A stretch of 64,000 nucleotides of DNA, from NCBI GenBank assembly GCA_048938385.1, contig JBHLMG010000008.1:36084-100083 (forward strand), given 5' to 3'. The notes below the pieces were generated by a model. That model worked only from the letters and a program-made list of their open reading frames with translations, made no database searches and was not told the origin of the DNA. Positions 29,014 to 39,700 of the stretch are shown one piece after another; within the stretch, counting starts at the first letter, position 1, and each line of letters begins with the position of its first letter. The stretch is from Promethearchaeota archaeon (GTDB lineage Archaea; Asgardarchaeota; Hermodarchaeia; Hermodarchaeales; Hermodarchaeaceae). The translations under genes and the position numbers were made by a program.

Positions 29014-30225
29014 ATGGTGGAACAAGTTAGTTTCAATCACAGTGCGGGAGTACCGATTGATAAGCGGGTACTTGAGGCAATGCATCCTTACTTCCGCACC
29101 TACTATGGTAATCCCTCCTCCGTTCATACAGCTGGACAACAAAGCGCGAAAGCCGTAGAGAATGCTCGCATCCAAGTTGCACGATTAATCGGAGCTGAAC
29201 TCAAGGATCGCATTCTTTTCACCAGTGGAGCAACTGAAGCCAACAACCTCGCTCTCCAAGGGTATGCGTACCGCCATCGTCGAAAAGGAAATCATATAAT
29301 TATTTCTCAGATTGAACACCTAAGTATTATCAACACTGCTAAGTTCCTAAGTAAGCAGGGATTCGAATATTCGCAAGTTCCTGTTGACGAGTATGGTATC
29401 GTCGATACTAAGGCCTTAGAGGCTTTGATCACTGATCAAACCATTTTGATATCGATTCAGCATGCCAATAACGAAGTTGGGACCATTCAGCCTGTCAAAG
29501 CCATTGCAAAAATCGCTAATGAAGCAGAAATACCGTTGCATATGGATGCGGTAGCAAGTGCAGGCCAAATTCCAATAAATGTAACCGAACTAGGTATTTC
29601 GATGCTCAGCTTGTCTTCTAACGACTTGTACGGACCGAAGGGAGTTGGTGCTTTATATCTTCAACAAGGTATTGCGGTTCAACCGATTCTTCTTGGTGGC
29701 GGGCAAGAGTATGGTGTCCGTTCGGGATCAGAGAATGTTCCTGGTATCGTTGGTATGGGGGTTGCTGCTGAAATTGCTGAAAAGCAACTCGACGAATATG
29801 CCACTTACATGATGGGGCTCCGGGATGAGCTGATCAAAGGTATTTTTACACATGTTGCAGATGTCCATTTGAGTGGGCATCCAACGCTCCGCTTGCCCAA
29901 CAATGCTAATCTTCGATTTCGATTTATTGAAGGTGAGGCAATTACGCTCCACCTTAGCTTTCAGGGATTCCTTGTTGCTACAAGCTCTGCATGCACCTCA
30001 AAAACACTCGCTCCTTCACATGTGCTCTTAAGTATGGGAGTCTCAGAATCCGATGCACATGGAGCGCTCCAACTAACCTTAGGTCGTGAAAACACTCAAG
30101 ATCAGATAAATCGATTTGTCGAAGTACTTCCTCCGATAATTGAAAAATTACGCAAGATGTCTCCACTCTCAAAAGATACCCCTCCAGAAGAATTTGAAGG
30201 AGATGCAAATGACCATCATCACTAA
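29014..30225 (+). CDS. iscS: IscS/NifS-fold protein with the PLP-binding Lys replaced by Asp
   Basis: GNPSS.H, FTSGATEANN, HANNEVGTIQP, SSNDLYGPKG (normally SxHKxYGPKG), SSACTS. Confidence 0.9.
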   Translation: MVEQVSFNHSAGVPIDKRVLEAMHPYFRTYYGNPSSVHTAGQQSAKAVENARIQVARLIGAELKDRILFTSGATEANNLALQGYAYRHRRKGNHIIISQIEHLSIINTAKFLSKQGFEYSQVPVDEYGIVDTKALEALITDQTILISIQHANNEVGTIQPVKAIAKIANEAEIPLHMDAVASAGQIPINVTELGISMLSLSSNDLYGPKGVGALYLQQGIAVQPILLGGGQEYGVRSGSENVPGIVGMGVAAEIAEKQLDEYATYMMGLRDELIKGIFTHVADVHLSGHPTLRLPNNANLRFRFIEGEAITLHLSFQGFLVATSSACTSKTLAPSHVLLSMGVSESDAHGALQLTLGRENTQDQINRFVEVLPPIIEKLRKMSPLSKDTPPEEFEGDANDHHH

Positions 30226-30245
30226 TACAATTGAGGCGATGTAAA

Positions 30246-30638
30246 ATGTCGTATAGTCCAAAAGTTATTGAACACTTCACTAACCCTCGAAACATGGGAG
30301 AACTTGAAGGCGCTGACGCCATTGGGAAAGTAGGGAACCCAACTTGTGGTGACCTCATCTGGATTTATATCAAGGTCAAAAACGATATAATTACAGATGT
30401 GACCTTCAAGACCTTCGGTTGTGCTGCAGCGATCGCTACGAGCAGTATGATTACTGAACTAACGAAAGGAAAGACCCTCAAAGAGGCTTACCACTTAACC
30501 CGAAGCGATGTGGCTGAAAACCTTGAGGGTTTACCACCGATTAAGATGCACTGCTCAAATCTTGCTGCAGATGGTTTGCATAAAGCAATTGAAGAATACC
30601 TCGAGAAGAATGGACGAAGTGTAGACGAACTCAAATAA
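30246..30638 (+). CDS. iscU: Fe-S cluster scaffold IscU/NifU N-terminal type
   Basis: YS.KV.EHF.NPRN.G, NPTCGD, FGCAAAIA, LPPIKMHCSNL. Confidence 0.95.
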   Translation: MSYSPKVIEHFTNPRNMGELEGADAIGKVGNPTCGDLIWIYIKVKNDIITDVTFKTFGCAAAIATSSMITELTKGKTLKEAYHLTRSDVAENLEGLPPIKMHCSNLAADGLHKAIEEYLEKNGRSVDELK

Positions 30639-30654
30639 AACTGAAAAATGCATT

Positions 30655-31032
30655 TCAAGATTTAGTAAGGCGTTCGATGAGGGCTTTGAAGGTAGCTGCA
30701 GATAAGGCTCCTTTAATGAGGTAATCATTAGTGCCCATTTCCATTACCTCTTTTACTGTTTCATCGTCATCAATCGCGGTAAGAGCCACAATTGCTACAT
30801 CAGGGAATTCGGTTTTTACTTGCTGAATGAGGGTAGTTCCACTAATTTTTGGTAGGACCAAATCAACAAAGAAAATATCTGGAGGATTCGCTCGGATTTT
30901 TGTCAGGGCTTCTTGACCATCGATTGCTGTTTCGATGTCGTACTCTCGGAGTAGGAGTTTGGCCGCGCGAAGGAATGTTTCGGAATCATCCGCTAATAGT
31001 ATGCGGATTTTAGGCGATTTCTTGGAAGCCAA
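30655..31032 (-). CDS. Stand-alone response regulator receiver domain
   Basis: ILLADD, VDLVLP (phospho-Asp), ALTA, DYLIK. Confidence 0.92.
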   Translation of the reverse strand: MASKKSPKIRILLADDSETFLRAAKLLLREYDIETAIDGQEALTKIRANPPDIFFVDLVLPKISGTTLIQQVKTEFPDVAIVALTAIDDDETVKEVMEMGTNDYLIKGALSAATFKALIERLTKS

Positions 31033-32476
31033 TTTGGGGTTTTTCCTCCTTTAGATAGGTGTAAATACAATATTGGGGCGTTGAGGGGGTTATTCCATGA
31101 AATACTGTTACGCCTTCTTTAACGGCTAATTCGACATGGATGTCAGCGAGATCGGCGAGGAAACGGTTGATTTCGGGGGTGCTACTGTATCCAATGGTGA
31201 CTGCAAGGTTGCTTTCAGTAGCTGTGTCATTAGCAATTCGTGTTGCCCATCTGGGTAGTTCAGAGGCTCCTAGCCATGAATGTAACCAGCCAAAGCCTAC
31301 AACACTGAGGAGGTTTTTACAGCCTTGGTTGCGAAGTTCTTCAAGGACTAAACTCCAAGCGTTTTCTAGATCTGAGCTTTCTCGAAAGGCTATCGTTTTG
31401 TAATAGGGTTCTCCTAGTTCACCAGTTGCGCTTGATGCTCCGAGACTAGTGGCTGCGCTTGTAAATAGCCGAAGATGTGTATTCAGCTGATCGACAAATC
31501 CATACCGTAGTGCTGCTGCTTTAAGTCGTCGAAAGCTGAGTTTGTTTGGTGGGACGATTAAGACTCCTCCTTCCTGTCGTAGAAAGTTCGCGATCATGCC
31601 TAATACGAGGGAGTTAACTACTTCATTAGGTACACCCTCTGCAACATCAACAAAGAAGGTGCTACCTCGGCGAAATCCTCCGAAAACATCATCGAGTTCC
31701 TTATTACCGGATGAAAATCGTCCTGCTGTATGAGGAATTACATCAAAGTGTGAAATTCTATAGGCTTCTTCGGGATTAAAAGGGTGCAGAATTGAGAAAT
31801 ATCGTTCGCTTAGCGAAAATCCACGTTTACCACGGTCAATTGGGGTACCACGGAGCTTAATGAGACGAATACTTCGCCACATACGGCGTTCAGTTTGTGT
31901 TTTTATGACGCATAAGATGCCATCCACGATGTGATCAATGGGGGAGTCATCAATACCTTCCATGACGAGAATAAACTTCGCACAAAGACTATGACCCAAA
32001 TTCGTTAATGCGCTAGTGAGTCGCTGCGGGTCAGCTTGAGCTGCTTCGATTATTGCGTCAAAGGAGTCAATAACACAAACCGGATTCTGCATATCATGGA
32101 GGTAATCGTTTACTGCACTGATGAAGGTCAATTCGTCTGAATAGATCATACGTGAGTTTGAGGATGAATCATACCCTGATTCGAAGTCAGGGATTCCCAT
32201 TAGTGAAGGTGTGGCGTCAATAATCTTGCCCTCTGGAAGAAATCCAAAGACCCAGGGAAATTGAGCCTGAAGATTAACGCTGGCTACTCGAGAAGAAAGG
32301 TAGAGAAAATTATCAGCTTGGAACAAATCTGGATATTGTTGAGTCAGTTGATCTAATAGCGAAAGGACAAAGGTCGTTTTACCGGTTCCTGACCTACCTT
32401 TGACCAGAAGCGTCTGCCCCTGCTCCTTTCTTAAGAAACTTATGAGTTCTGGTGGTAATGTCATAGTATTGTGCAC
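31010..32476 (-). CDS. GvpD-like double-domain KaiC/RecA-superfamily ATPase (second domain degenerate)
   Basis: LPPELISFL, GRSGTGKT, VIDS, IKLRG; second domain begins FSSGNKELDDVFGG and has no Walker A. Confidence 0.82.
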   Translation of the reverse strand: MHNTMTLPPELISFLRKEQGQTLLVKGRSGTGKTTFVLSLLDQLTQQYPDLFQADNFLYLSSRVASVNLQAQFPWVFGFLPEGKIIDATPSLMGIPDFESGYDSSSNSRMIYSDELTFISAVNDYLHDMQNPVCVIDSFDAIIEAAQADPQRLTSALTNLGHSLCAKFILVMEGIDDSPIDHIVDGILCVIKTQTERRMWRSIRLIKLRGTPIDRGKRGFSLSERYFSILHPFNPEEAYRISHFDVIPHTAGRFSSGNKELDDVFGGFRRGSTFFVDVAEGVPNEVVNSLVLGMIANFLRQEGGVLIVPPNKLSFRRLKAAALRYGFVDQLNTHLRLFTSAATSLGASSATGELGEPYYKTIAFRESSDLENAWSLVLEELRNQGCKNLLSVVGFGWLHSWLGASELPRWATRIANDTATESNLAVTIGYSSTPEINRFLADLADIHVELAVKEGVTVFHGITPSTPQYCIYTYLKEEKPQIGFQEIA

Positions 32477-32479
32477 CTT

Positions 32480-33019
32480 TTATGTAACAGGCCTACTAGC
32501 ATGGTCTACGAGGAGTTCAGATATCACTTGAAAGAGTTCTTTCACATTTGTGCCTTCTTTTGCTGAGGTTTCCATATAACCTAGCATACCGAGATTTTTT
32601 GCTGTCTTTACAGCATCGTCCTGTTTAACGACGCGTTCAGTAGTGATGTCAACTTTGTTACCCACTAGATAGAGCAAAACGCCAGGAGCGCCTTTCTGAA
32701 CATCATCGACCCATTCTCGAATATTGCTCAAGGTGTCTTTACGAGTCAAATCAAAGACGGTGATTGCGAAATCTGTGCCAAAGAGATACTGGACACGGAC
32801 TCGACGAAAGGAAGTTTGACCAGCAAGATCCCAGACTTGAAGTGAAACATCAGATTTGTTCGCTTTCGTTTTAAAAGAGGAAATCGCGGCTCCGAGGGTT
32901 GCTTTGTACTCCTCATCGAAGGAGTTGGTCATGAAGCGCTTGATCAATGAGGTTTTTCCAACTGCGTAGTCGCCAATGACTGAAACTTTAAACATGTAGC
33001 GGCTACCTTTAACATCCAT
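32480..33019 (-). CDS. Rab-like small GTPase
   Basis: GDYAVGKT, YKATLG, WDLAGQ, NKVD, ETSAK; no C-terminal Cys. Confidence 0.95.
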   Translation of the reverse strand: MDVKGSRYMFKVSVIGDYAVGKTSLIKRFMTNSFDEEYKATLGAAISSFKTKANKSDVSLQVWDLAGQTSFRRVRVQYLFGTDFAITVFDLTRKDTLSNIREWVDDVQKGAPGVLLYLVGNKVDITTERVVKQDDAVKTAKNLGMLGYMETSAKEGTNVKELFQVISELLVDHASRPVT

Positions 33020-33115
33020 CTCTTCAACACCATACCCTGTTAAGTTCGCCCACGCAAGAGTAATGGTAAGTTATGCAGATGATTCGCATTAAGCTTATTG
33101 TTCTTCCTTCTTTGT

Positions 33116-33889
33116 TTATTGTATTGGTGGGAGATCTGAGACTTGAATGCCTTTGTCGTCGATCATTAGGAGAAGGGGATTCATTTGGTGAATAGACCCA
33201 CGCATTTTGGTGATTTCAATAGTCCGGATTCGAACATTGCCCTGGCGGACTAATCTCAGGGTGATTACACCATCCATAAGGAAGCCCTCGACATCGAATC
33301 GACCTATACTTTCGTCAGTCGGGCTTTCCACTGCTACTAGACATGTAGCATTAGTAATGCGGATTGACCTTACCAAGTTAAGGAGGTCGTGGCGAATACG
33401 AAACAGATCTTTATGCTGAAGTGTGAGTGTCGATATGGAATCAATGGCAACCCGCTTTGCTTTGATTTTTCTAATTTCTCGGTGAATTAAGGAAAGAAGA
33501 GATTCCATAGAGAATTCTTCTCGACCTAATACTGGGTGTTCGGGTCTTAACACCACTCGGTCGTTTTGAATCATTGGGGATGCATCAACAAGGGCTAGTA
33601 AACCTTTGGTTACAAGATCTTTGAGGTCCCAGCCAAATTGTCGCATGTTGCGATTCGTGGAATCAAGAGATTCCTCCATGGATACTAAGACGCCTGGTTC
33701 CTTATATTCTGTGGCGCCTTTAACGAGGAATTGGTTCATTAAAATCGATTTTCCTGTTCCTGGTCCACCACTGACTAATATCACTGAGCCTGTAGGAAAT
33801 CCACCGTGGAGCGCATCATCAAGTCCTGGAATGCCTGATTTGGTCTTGTCCACCACGCTGATCCCCCGTGTAGGTGGTTCTCCTAACAT
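33116..33889 (-). CDS. Single-domain KaiC-like (RAD55) ATPase with intact motifs
   Basis: SGIPGLD..L.GG.P, GGPGTGKS, SMEE, AIDS, KMRG. Confidence 0.92.
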   Translation of the reverse strand: MLGEPPTRGISVVDKTKSGIPGLDDALHGGFPTGSVILVSGGPGTGKSILMNQFLVKGATEYKEPGVLVSMEESLDSTNRNMRQFGWDLKDLVTKGLLALVDASPMIQNDRVVLRPEHPVLGREEFSMESLLSLIHREIRKIKAKRVAIDSISTLTLQHKDLFRIRHDLLNLVRSIRITNATCLVAVESPTDESIGRFDVEGFLMDGVITLRLVRQGNVRIRTIEITKMRGSIHQMNPLLLMIDDKGIQVSDLPPIQ

Positions 33890-33974
33890 GGATTACTCAA
33901 TCCCTCGCTTAAGAGGTTTATGTCATCCCTTAATCCCTTTAGAAATCACTACAGAGTTCCCAAAAGCTCCTGCA

Positions 33975-34286
33975 TTAAATGTCGGGATTGTATCGGGTCC
34001 CAAAAAGCCGGTGAGTCCAGTAATAGAGCACTGACCCAGAACATATCAGGAATATTATTCCGGTGACTAATACAAGTATGGGCTGCTGTTCGGGTGCAAT
34101 TGGGAAATATGTGAGAATGATGTAAAGTACAACAAGCCAGACAATAATTGTGATTAAGGCGCCTGGAACCCAAAGAGGCACACGTTTCACATACATCGAA
34201 TTTCCCTCCAATAGTGAATCGTTATCAACTTCCTCGTTTTTCATTCTTCCCTTCTTTTCGGTGTTGCTAAAACCTCCAAATAGCAT
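33975..34286 (-). CDS. Small 2-TM membrane protein (true start likely downstream, about 34244)
   Basis: Two hydrophobic helices; lies upstream of the KaiC gene on the same strand. Confidence 0.55.
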   Translation of the reverse strand: MLFGGFSNTEKKGRMKNEEVDNDSLLEGNSMYVKRVPLWVPGALITIIVWLVVLYIILTYFPIAPEQQPILVLVTGIIFLICSGSVLYYWTHRLFGTRYNPDI

Positions 34287-34385
34287 CTCAGAGTTTGCAA
34301 AAACCTTTTTTCTTACCAGACGCTCTACTTAATTATTCGGTGAGCAAACCATCGGGATGATCGGTGCTTCTCCGAGGGGGTTATA

Positions 34386-35087
34386 GTGCTTCTTGAATCC
34401 ATTATTTCAGGGGGTCTTCCTGCGGGTTCAAGTGTGCTACTTGTTGGACCTCCAGGTTCAGGTAAAACACTAATTAGTTTACAACTAGCCCATGAAGCAA
34501 CTATCTCTGGTCAAGACGCGTTGTACCTTTCCACTGAGAACACTCCCTCTACGGTATTTGCACAAGCTAAAGGTTTTGGATTAGCTCTCAATAAAGAAGA
34601 AAAGAGTAGCATACTTTTTGTGGATGCCTATAGCTGGCGAATTGGGATGCACAAGGATTTGATTGCTACGAGCCGAATAAGCAATCCTGGCAATCTCAAC
34701 GAAGTAAACATGATTGTGACTAACCAAGCGAAACTATTACGACCCAAATCATTGATTGTTATCGACTCATTATCCGGTTTGACTTTAGCTACACCTGATG
34801 AACAACGAATTAGAACTTTTGTGCATAGTCTAGCATTACGCATCGCGCAAATCAATCAAGTTTTGATTTTAGTACTTGAGGATCAAGCCCACGATCGACG
34901 ACTAATCAATAACATGCGTTCATTAGTTCAAGGTACCTTGAACACTAAAGTAGTTGAGGCTGATAATGGTCAAATGCAATGGAAACTGCGTCTCTATAGC
35001 CTTATTGGGGCCTCCTATACCACGCAATGGTTTACTCTTGTTCCAGGACCTAATGGATTAGAGTTGAAGGGAGGGGATTCTCATTAG
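34386..35087 (+). CDS. Single-domain KaiC-like ATPase
   Basis: GPPGSGKT, YLSTEN, FVDAYSWR, VIDSLS; lacks the K-x-R finger (LYSLIG). Confidence 0.88.
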   Translation: MLLESIISGGLPAGSSVLLVGPPGSGKTLISLQLAHEATISGQDALYLSTENTPSTVFAQAKGFGLALNKEEKSSILFVDAYSWRIGMHKDLIATSRISNPGNLNEVNMIVTNQAKLLRPKSLIVIDSLSGLTLATPDEQRIRTFVHSLALRIAQINQVLILVLEDQAHDRRLINNMRSLVQGTLNTKVVEADNGQMQWKLRLYSLIGASYTTQWFTLVPGPNGLELKGGDSH

Positions 35088-35763
35088 TGAGGTTTTTACT
35101 CTTGGATTTACGCCGCAGGAAATTCTTAAAATCCCTCGTGGATCCCAATTACTACTCCTTGGTCCTCCAGGTGTTGCAAAAACCCTCTTTGCTATTCGTT
35201 ATCTAGCTGATCGAATAGAGAAAAACGAGCCTTGTGTTTTTGCCACCACCCTGTGGTCTCCTGATCAGGTGCGTTTTAGTATTAGTCAACATCTCGCGAA
35301 GAACACCCAATCTGATTTATTGGTAGTAGATGGAGTAACTTGTATCACTGCTCAAGCCTCCGCAGAGCCTTATGCCTTTCAGAATCTGTATGATTTGAAT
35401 ACAATTAACCTAATACTATTGCAGGCTATTGCTGATGCACAGAACGGACATCTTTGCATAGATAATTTAACCACTCTCATGACATACTCCGCCCCTCATT
35501 CTGTCATCAAATTTCTCCAAGTACTTAGTGCACGGGTAAAAGATCATGGTGTCACCGGAATTTATCTCGTTGAATCAGGAGTTCAGACGCGGGAGATACT
35601 AAGAACTCTACAATTCTCAGTGGATGGGATGTTTGAAGTTCGGGATGAAGAAGTCGAAGGTCGACTAGTTCATCGACTCCGATTAGCCCATCTGCGTGGA
35701 ATCCAGGTTGATACACGGTGGCTAACTTTCCAAGAGAAAACGCCACTTTGGCTCGATTTTTAG
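35083..35763 (+). CDS. KaiC-like ATPase with a degenerate Walker A; N-terminus extends about 60 codons upstream of the track ORF
   Basis: In-frame upstream read ISEVFTLGFTPQEILKIPRGSQLLLLGPPGVAKT; CIDNL, FSVDG, HLRG. No ATG, GTG or TTG before the Walker A, so either an ATT start or a frameshift. Confidence 0.8.
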   Translation: MSEVFTLGFTPQEILKIPRGSQLLLLGPPGVAKTLFAIRYLADRIEKNEPCVFATTLWSPDQVRFSISQHLAKNTQSDLLVVDGVTCITAQASAEPYAFQNLYDLNTINLILLQAIADAQNGHLCIDNLTTLMTYSAPHSVIKFLQVLSARVKDHGVTGIYLVESGVQTREILRTLQFSVDGMFEVRDEEVEGRLVHRLRLAHLRGIQVDTRWLTFQEKTPLWLDF

Positions 35764-35852
35764 AATCCAATGGAACTGCTCTTTTAATCGCTTTGAAGTG
35801 AAAACATAATTCCTTGCGAAACCTAGATGGAATTGATTTTTTGATTTCGAGA

Positions 35853-36629
35853 TCATGCTTCACTAAAATTCGATTTAGGTGTTGGTTTGGGAGGGAAAAG
35901 GTAGTAGATCATGTCTTCAAAGGTTTCAATGAAACCGGGCACTAGTAGAATCGCTACAATGCATAGAACAAAAACTCCAACAACTCCTAAAACAAAACTC
36001 ATTGGGTAGTGTGCGATTTCCCAAGGTAGTATTCCCCAAAACACTAGCCAGATTTCATACACTACTCTGAGGACATTCGCAATGAACAACATTATGGTGA
36101 CGACAAGTAATGCGAGGATCTTCCGTCGCCATGTTCCTCGGGGCAAAGGCAGAATAAGCCCTGCAAAGACTGCTATAACTTGAATTCCAGTACACTCACG
36201 GACAATTTGGAACTCTTGGAAACCTATCACTACAACCAGAACAGCCGAGTTCACCCAATCTATCACCATGCCTGATGGAACTCCTAACCAAGTAAGAAGA
36301 ACCGCAGATACAGAAGCTGTTGGGACAGCAATAAGGAAGGGTTCGGGACCAAAATATACGATGACCGTTACAATAATAGCAATACACAAGTAGAGGACCA
36401 GTGCCCGTGGAGTCGGTCTGTTAATGTCCTCTGAAGCGTCTGTCACAGGTTTTTCAGGTTCGTCTAGGCTTTTGCTGGCTTTGTCAGTTGTTATAGGATT
36501 CACCGTCCTCTTGGTAGGTGGTGTCGCGTTCTTATGGGGGTGGACATTATTAGCGGAAGCCTTGGTATTAACTGGGGTCTTCTTATTTGCCTTTACTCTT
36601 TTATGTTGGATTGCATCTCGGCGACGCAA
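35853..36629 (-). CDS. Archaeosortase/exosortase family transpeptidase
   Basis: IVRECTG (Cys), ANVLRV (Arg), AHY (His); multiple TM segments. Confidence 0.88.
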   Translation of the reverse strand: MRRRDAIQHKRVKANKKTPVNTKASANNVHPHKNATPPTKRTVNPITTDKASKSLDEPEKPVTDASEDINRPTPRALVLYLCIAIIVTVIVYFGPEPFLIAVPTASVSAVLLTWLGVPSGMVIDWVNSAVLVVVIGFQEFQIVRECTGIQVIAVFAGLILPLPRGTWRRKILALLVVTIMLFIANVLRVVYEIWLVFWGILPWEIAHYPMSFVLGVVGVFVLCIVAILLVPGFIETFEDMIYYLFPPKPTPKSNFSEA

Positions 36630-36723
36630 GAAAGGCTAATCATGCAACCTCTTAACTGCTTATTAGCCTTATTGACTCATTAATTGAAAACACCAAAGGT
36701 TATCCAAGTCTAAAAAGAAGATG

Positions 36724-39700
36724 CTATGCCCATAGCGGAAGGAGAAATACGAATTTGGCTCCCTTGGTGTAATCTTCTTTCACTCGGTTTTCAACCCAAA
36801 TTTTTCCGCCGTAGCGGGCAACGATTTGTTGCACTAAGGTTAAGCCGATACCTGAACCTTGTGTTCTCTCATCAATTCGATGAGTGTATCGGGCAAAAAT
36901 TAACTCCTTGAGCGCTTCTGGTATGCCAGGACCGTTGTCAATCACTTCAATGCGAAGGAACCTTTTGTTCGCGTCATTTCGAACTTTGACTTCAAGTTCG
37001 ACTTTTTCGCTTTTATCGAATTTCACAGCGTTGTGTAAAAGATTATAGAATAAATCGATGAGAAGCTCATCGGCGAGAACCTGAAACTCGTCGGGATGGA
37101 TATTGGTATTAATTCGTATCGTCTTATTTGGAAATGCCTGCTTAACTGACTTGTAGGCCGATCGAAAATCTGGTTCGAGATCACGAACTTCGAGAAGGGG
37201 TTTGCTAGCACCGATTTGAGAGAATTTCTTGACTCGGCCAATCAGCGCCGAACTCCGCTCAACCTGATCCAGTGCAACTTGGATTTGGGCCCGGAGCTCC
37301 TGTGGAAACGCTTGGTGCAAGAGCGGCAATTCTAACGCAGATAAAATTGCTTGGTTAATGTTGTTTAGGTCATGTGCCATTAGGTCTGTGAAAAATTCAG
37401 CTCGTGCTTTGGCTTCATGGAGTTCTCGTTCTGCCTCTTTTCGTTTGGAAATGTTGCGCGTTACTAGAATATACCCCAAAGGATTACCCTTCACATCAGC
37501 AAGGAGAGACGCGCTAATTTCAGCTGGGAATGTTGTATTATCCTTATGGAGAAGTGTAAACTGACGGGGCGAAGCAGCTCCTAATTCAACGGTATAACGA
37601 AGGTTCTCAATGGCTTCTTTGCGTTGTTCCAGTATAACATAATCGAAATAATTCTGACCCAACAATTCTTTGTGCACAGAATATCCGAAAAGGTTGACAG
37701 CACGATCATTTACTAAGACTATATTGCCTTCTGGATCTGTGACTGTTATGGCGTCTGGTGATGTTTCAACTAGGGCTCGATACCGAGACTCAGATTCACG
37801 TAATACTTTATCCGCGTGCATGCGTTGAGTAATGTCACGACAGACACCCCGAAATCCAATAACTTGGTTCTGTTGATCAAGAATCGGACGCCCATTAGCT
37901 TCTAAGATTACAGTGCCACCATCACGGTGAAAGAAACGGTTCACGAGATTTTTGAAAGGGCGGCGTTGAGCAGTTCTCTCCCTCAAAAATTGTTTACTCT
38001 GTTCAACTTCCTCGGGGTTCATGTACTCCCAAAGAGTTCGACCAATCACCTGCCCTGCAGTGATACCCATAATATCTTCGACAGAGTTATTTGAATAAGT
38101 AATTCGTCCTTCGCTATCGATTTCCCAAACCCAATCCGCAGTATTTTCTAAGATTGAACGAAATTTCTCTTCTGAAGCCTTCAAAGCCTCTTCAGCAGTC
38201 TTGTATTCGGTGATATCATTTCCTGCAGTGAGAAAGCCTATTCTCTTTTCTTCTTCATTGTACAGTATAGCTGTATGCCAAGAAATTAAGCGTTCAGCTC
38301 CGCTTTTTGTAAGAATCGGATTCTCAACGAAGGGTTTTTGCTTAATTTCACCTTTTAAGACCGCTTCATAATTTTGTTTCATTCTGTTTCTAATTCGTTC
38401 AGGAATGCAGAGATCAAAGTAGTTTTGCCCAATCATTTCTTCTTCGGAATAACCGAAAACTTCGAGTGTCTTTTTGTTCACTAATGTTATTATTCCGCCA
38501 GCATTCACGGCTAGGAACAAGATTTCAGCGATGTCCAAATATTGCTGTGCACGATCTCGCTCTCGACGAATGGCGTCTTCGGCTATTTTGCGATCATGTA
38601 TGTCCATGAGGGTAGCTTGAGTTACGAGTTGCCCTTGATATTCAATCACAGCTAAGGAAAGTTCAAACCATCGAATATTTCCATTCTTTTGAATACCACG
38701 TATCTCTATGCTAGAGGATCCGGATTCACCTTCTACGAGTGCTCTAAGCTGTTCCAAAGGTCGATATCGATCTTCATGATGAATAAAGTCAAAAACTTGC
38801 CATGGTTTCCAATCAAGAATTTCTTCCTCGGAATACCCAGACAGCTCTACAAACGCGGGGTTCGTGAAGACTACCTTGCCCTTCTGGAGAATGAACAGTC
38901 CCTGAATAGATTGATCAACAAGCTGATGATAAGCTTCTTCAGCACGCTTCTGTGCTGTTATTTCATAGGTTACTTCGACAATACCGGTAAGAACGCCTTC
39001 TTCATCTTTCAAAGGATATCCACGGACTGTCCACACGCGACCATCAGGTGTGGTTATTTCGTTTTCTTGTATTTCATTAGTTTCTCGTGCTTTCACAACG
39101 GGGCAACCAACGCAGGGAGTGTCACGCTGACCCCACAAAGCATAGCAAAAATTACCAGTGATTTCTTCAACAGTTTTGTCAATGGACTCTGCAGCGACTT
39201 TGTTTGCCCAGATTATCTGATTGTTCAGATCTTGATAAACCACATGTTCTGAAATAGAATCTAAAATAATCGTCTTTTCTTCAACAGCTTGTTGAAATGC
39301 CGCTTTACTACCCTTTAGAGCTGTTTCAATTTCTTTAAGTTCGGTGATGTCTTGTTGGATTGATATCGAATGTAGGAGATTTCCTGCTGCATCTGTAACC
39401 GCACTTGCATTGAGTAAAACAGTTCGTTTTTCACCAGTTTTACTCAAAATGAGTAATTCTTCGTTGATGACGGTCCCATGAGTTTTCCAAGCCTGAAAGA
39501 CTTCTCTAACTCTGTCTTCATATTCAGGTGCATAGATCATACGGATGTGTTTTCCAATCAACTCCACCCTATTATACCCAAGGACCTTCAGCGCTGTTTT
39601 GTTGACATCCAGAATTATGCCTTTTGGGGAAACAATATAGCAATACAATGGGGCATTCTCAAAGAACGCGCGAAAGCGTTGGTATTCTTCCTCCCCATCG

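Noticed and set aside
31010-32476. Gas vesicle or circadian clock locus
   Set aside because: No gvpA or other gvp genes and no kaiA/kaiB in the window; the KaiC Ser-Thr phosphosite pair is not evident.
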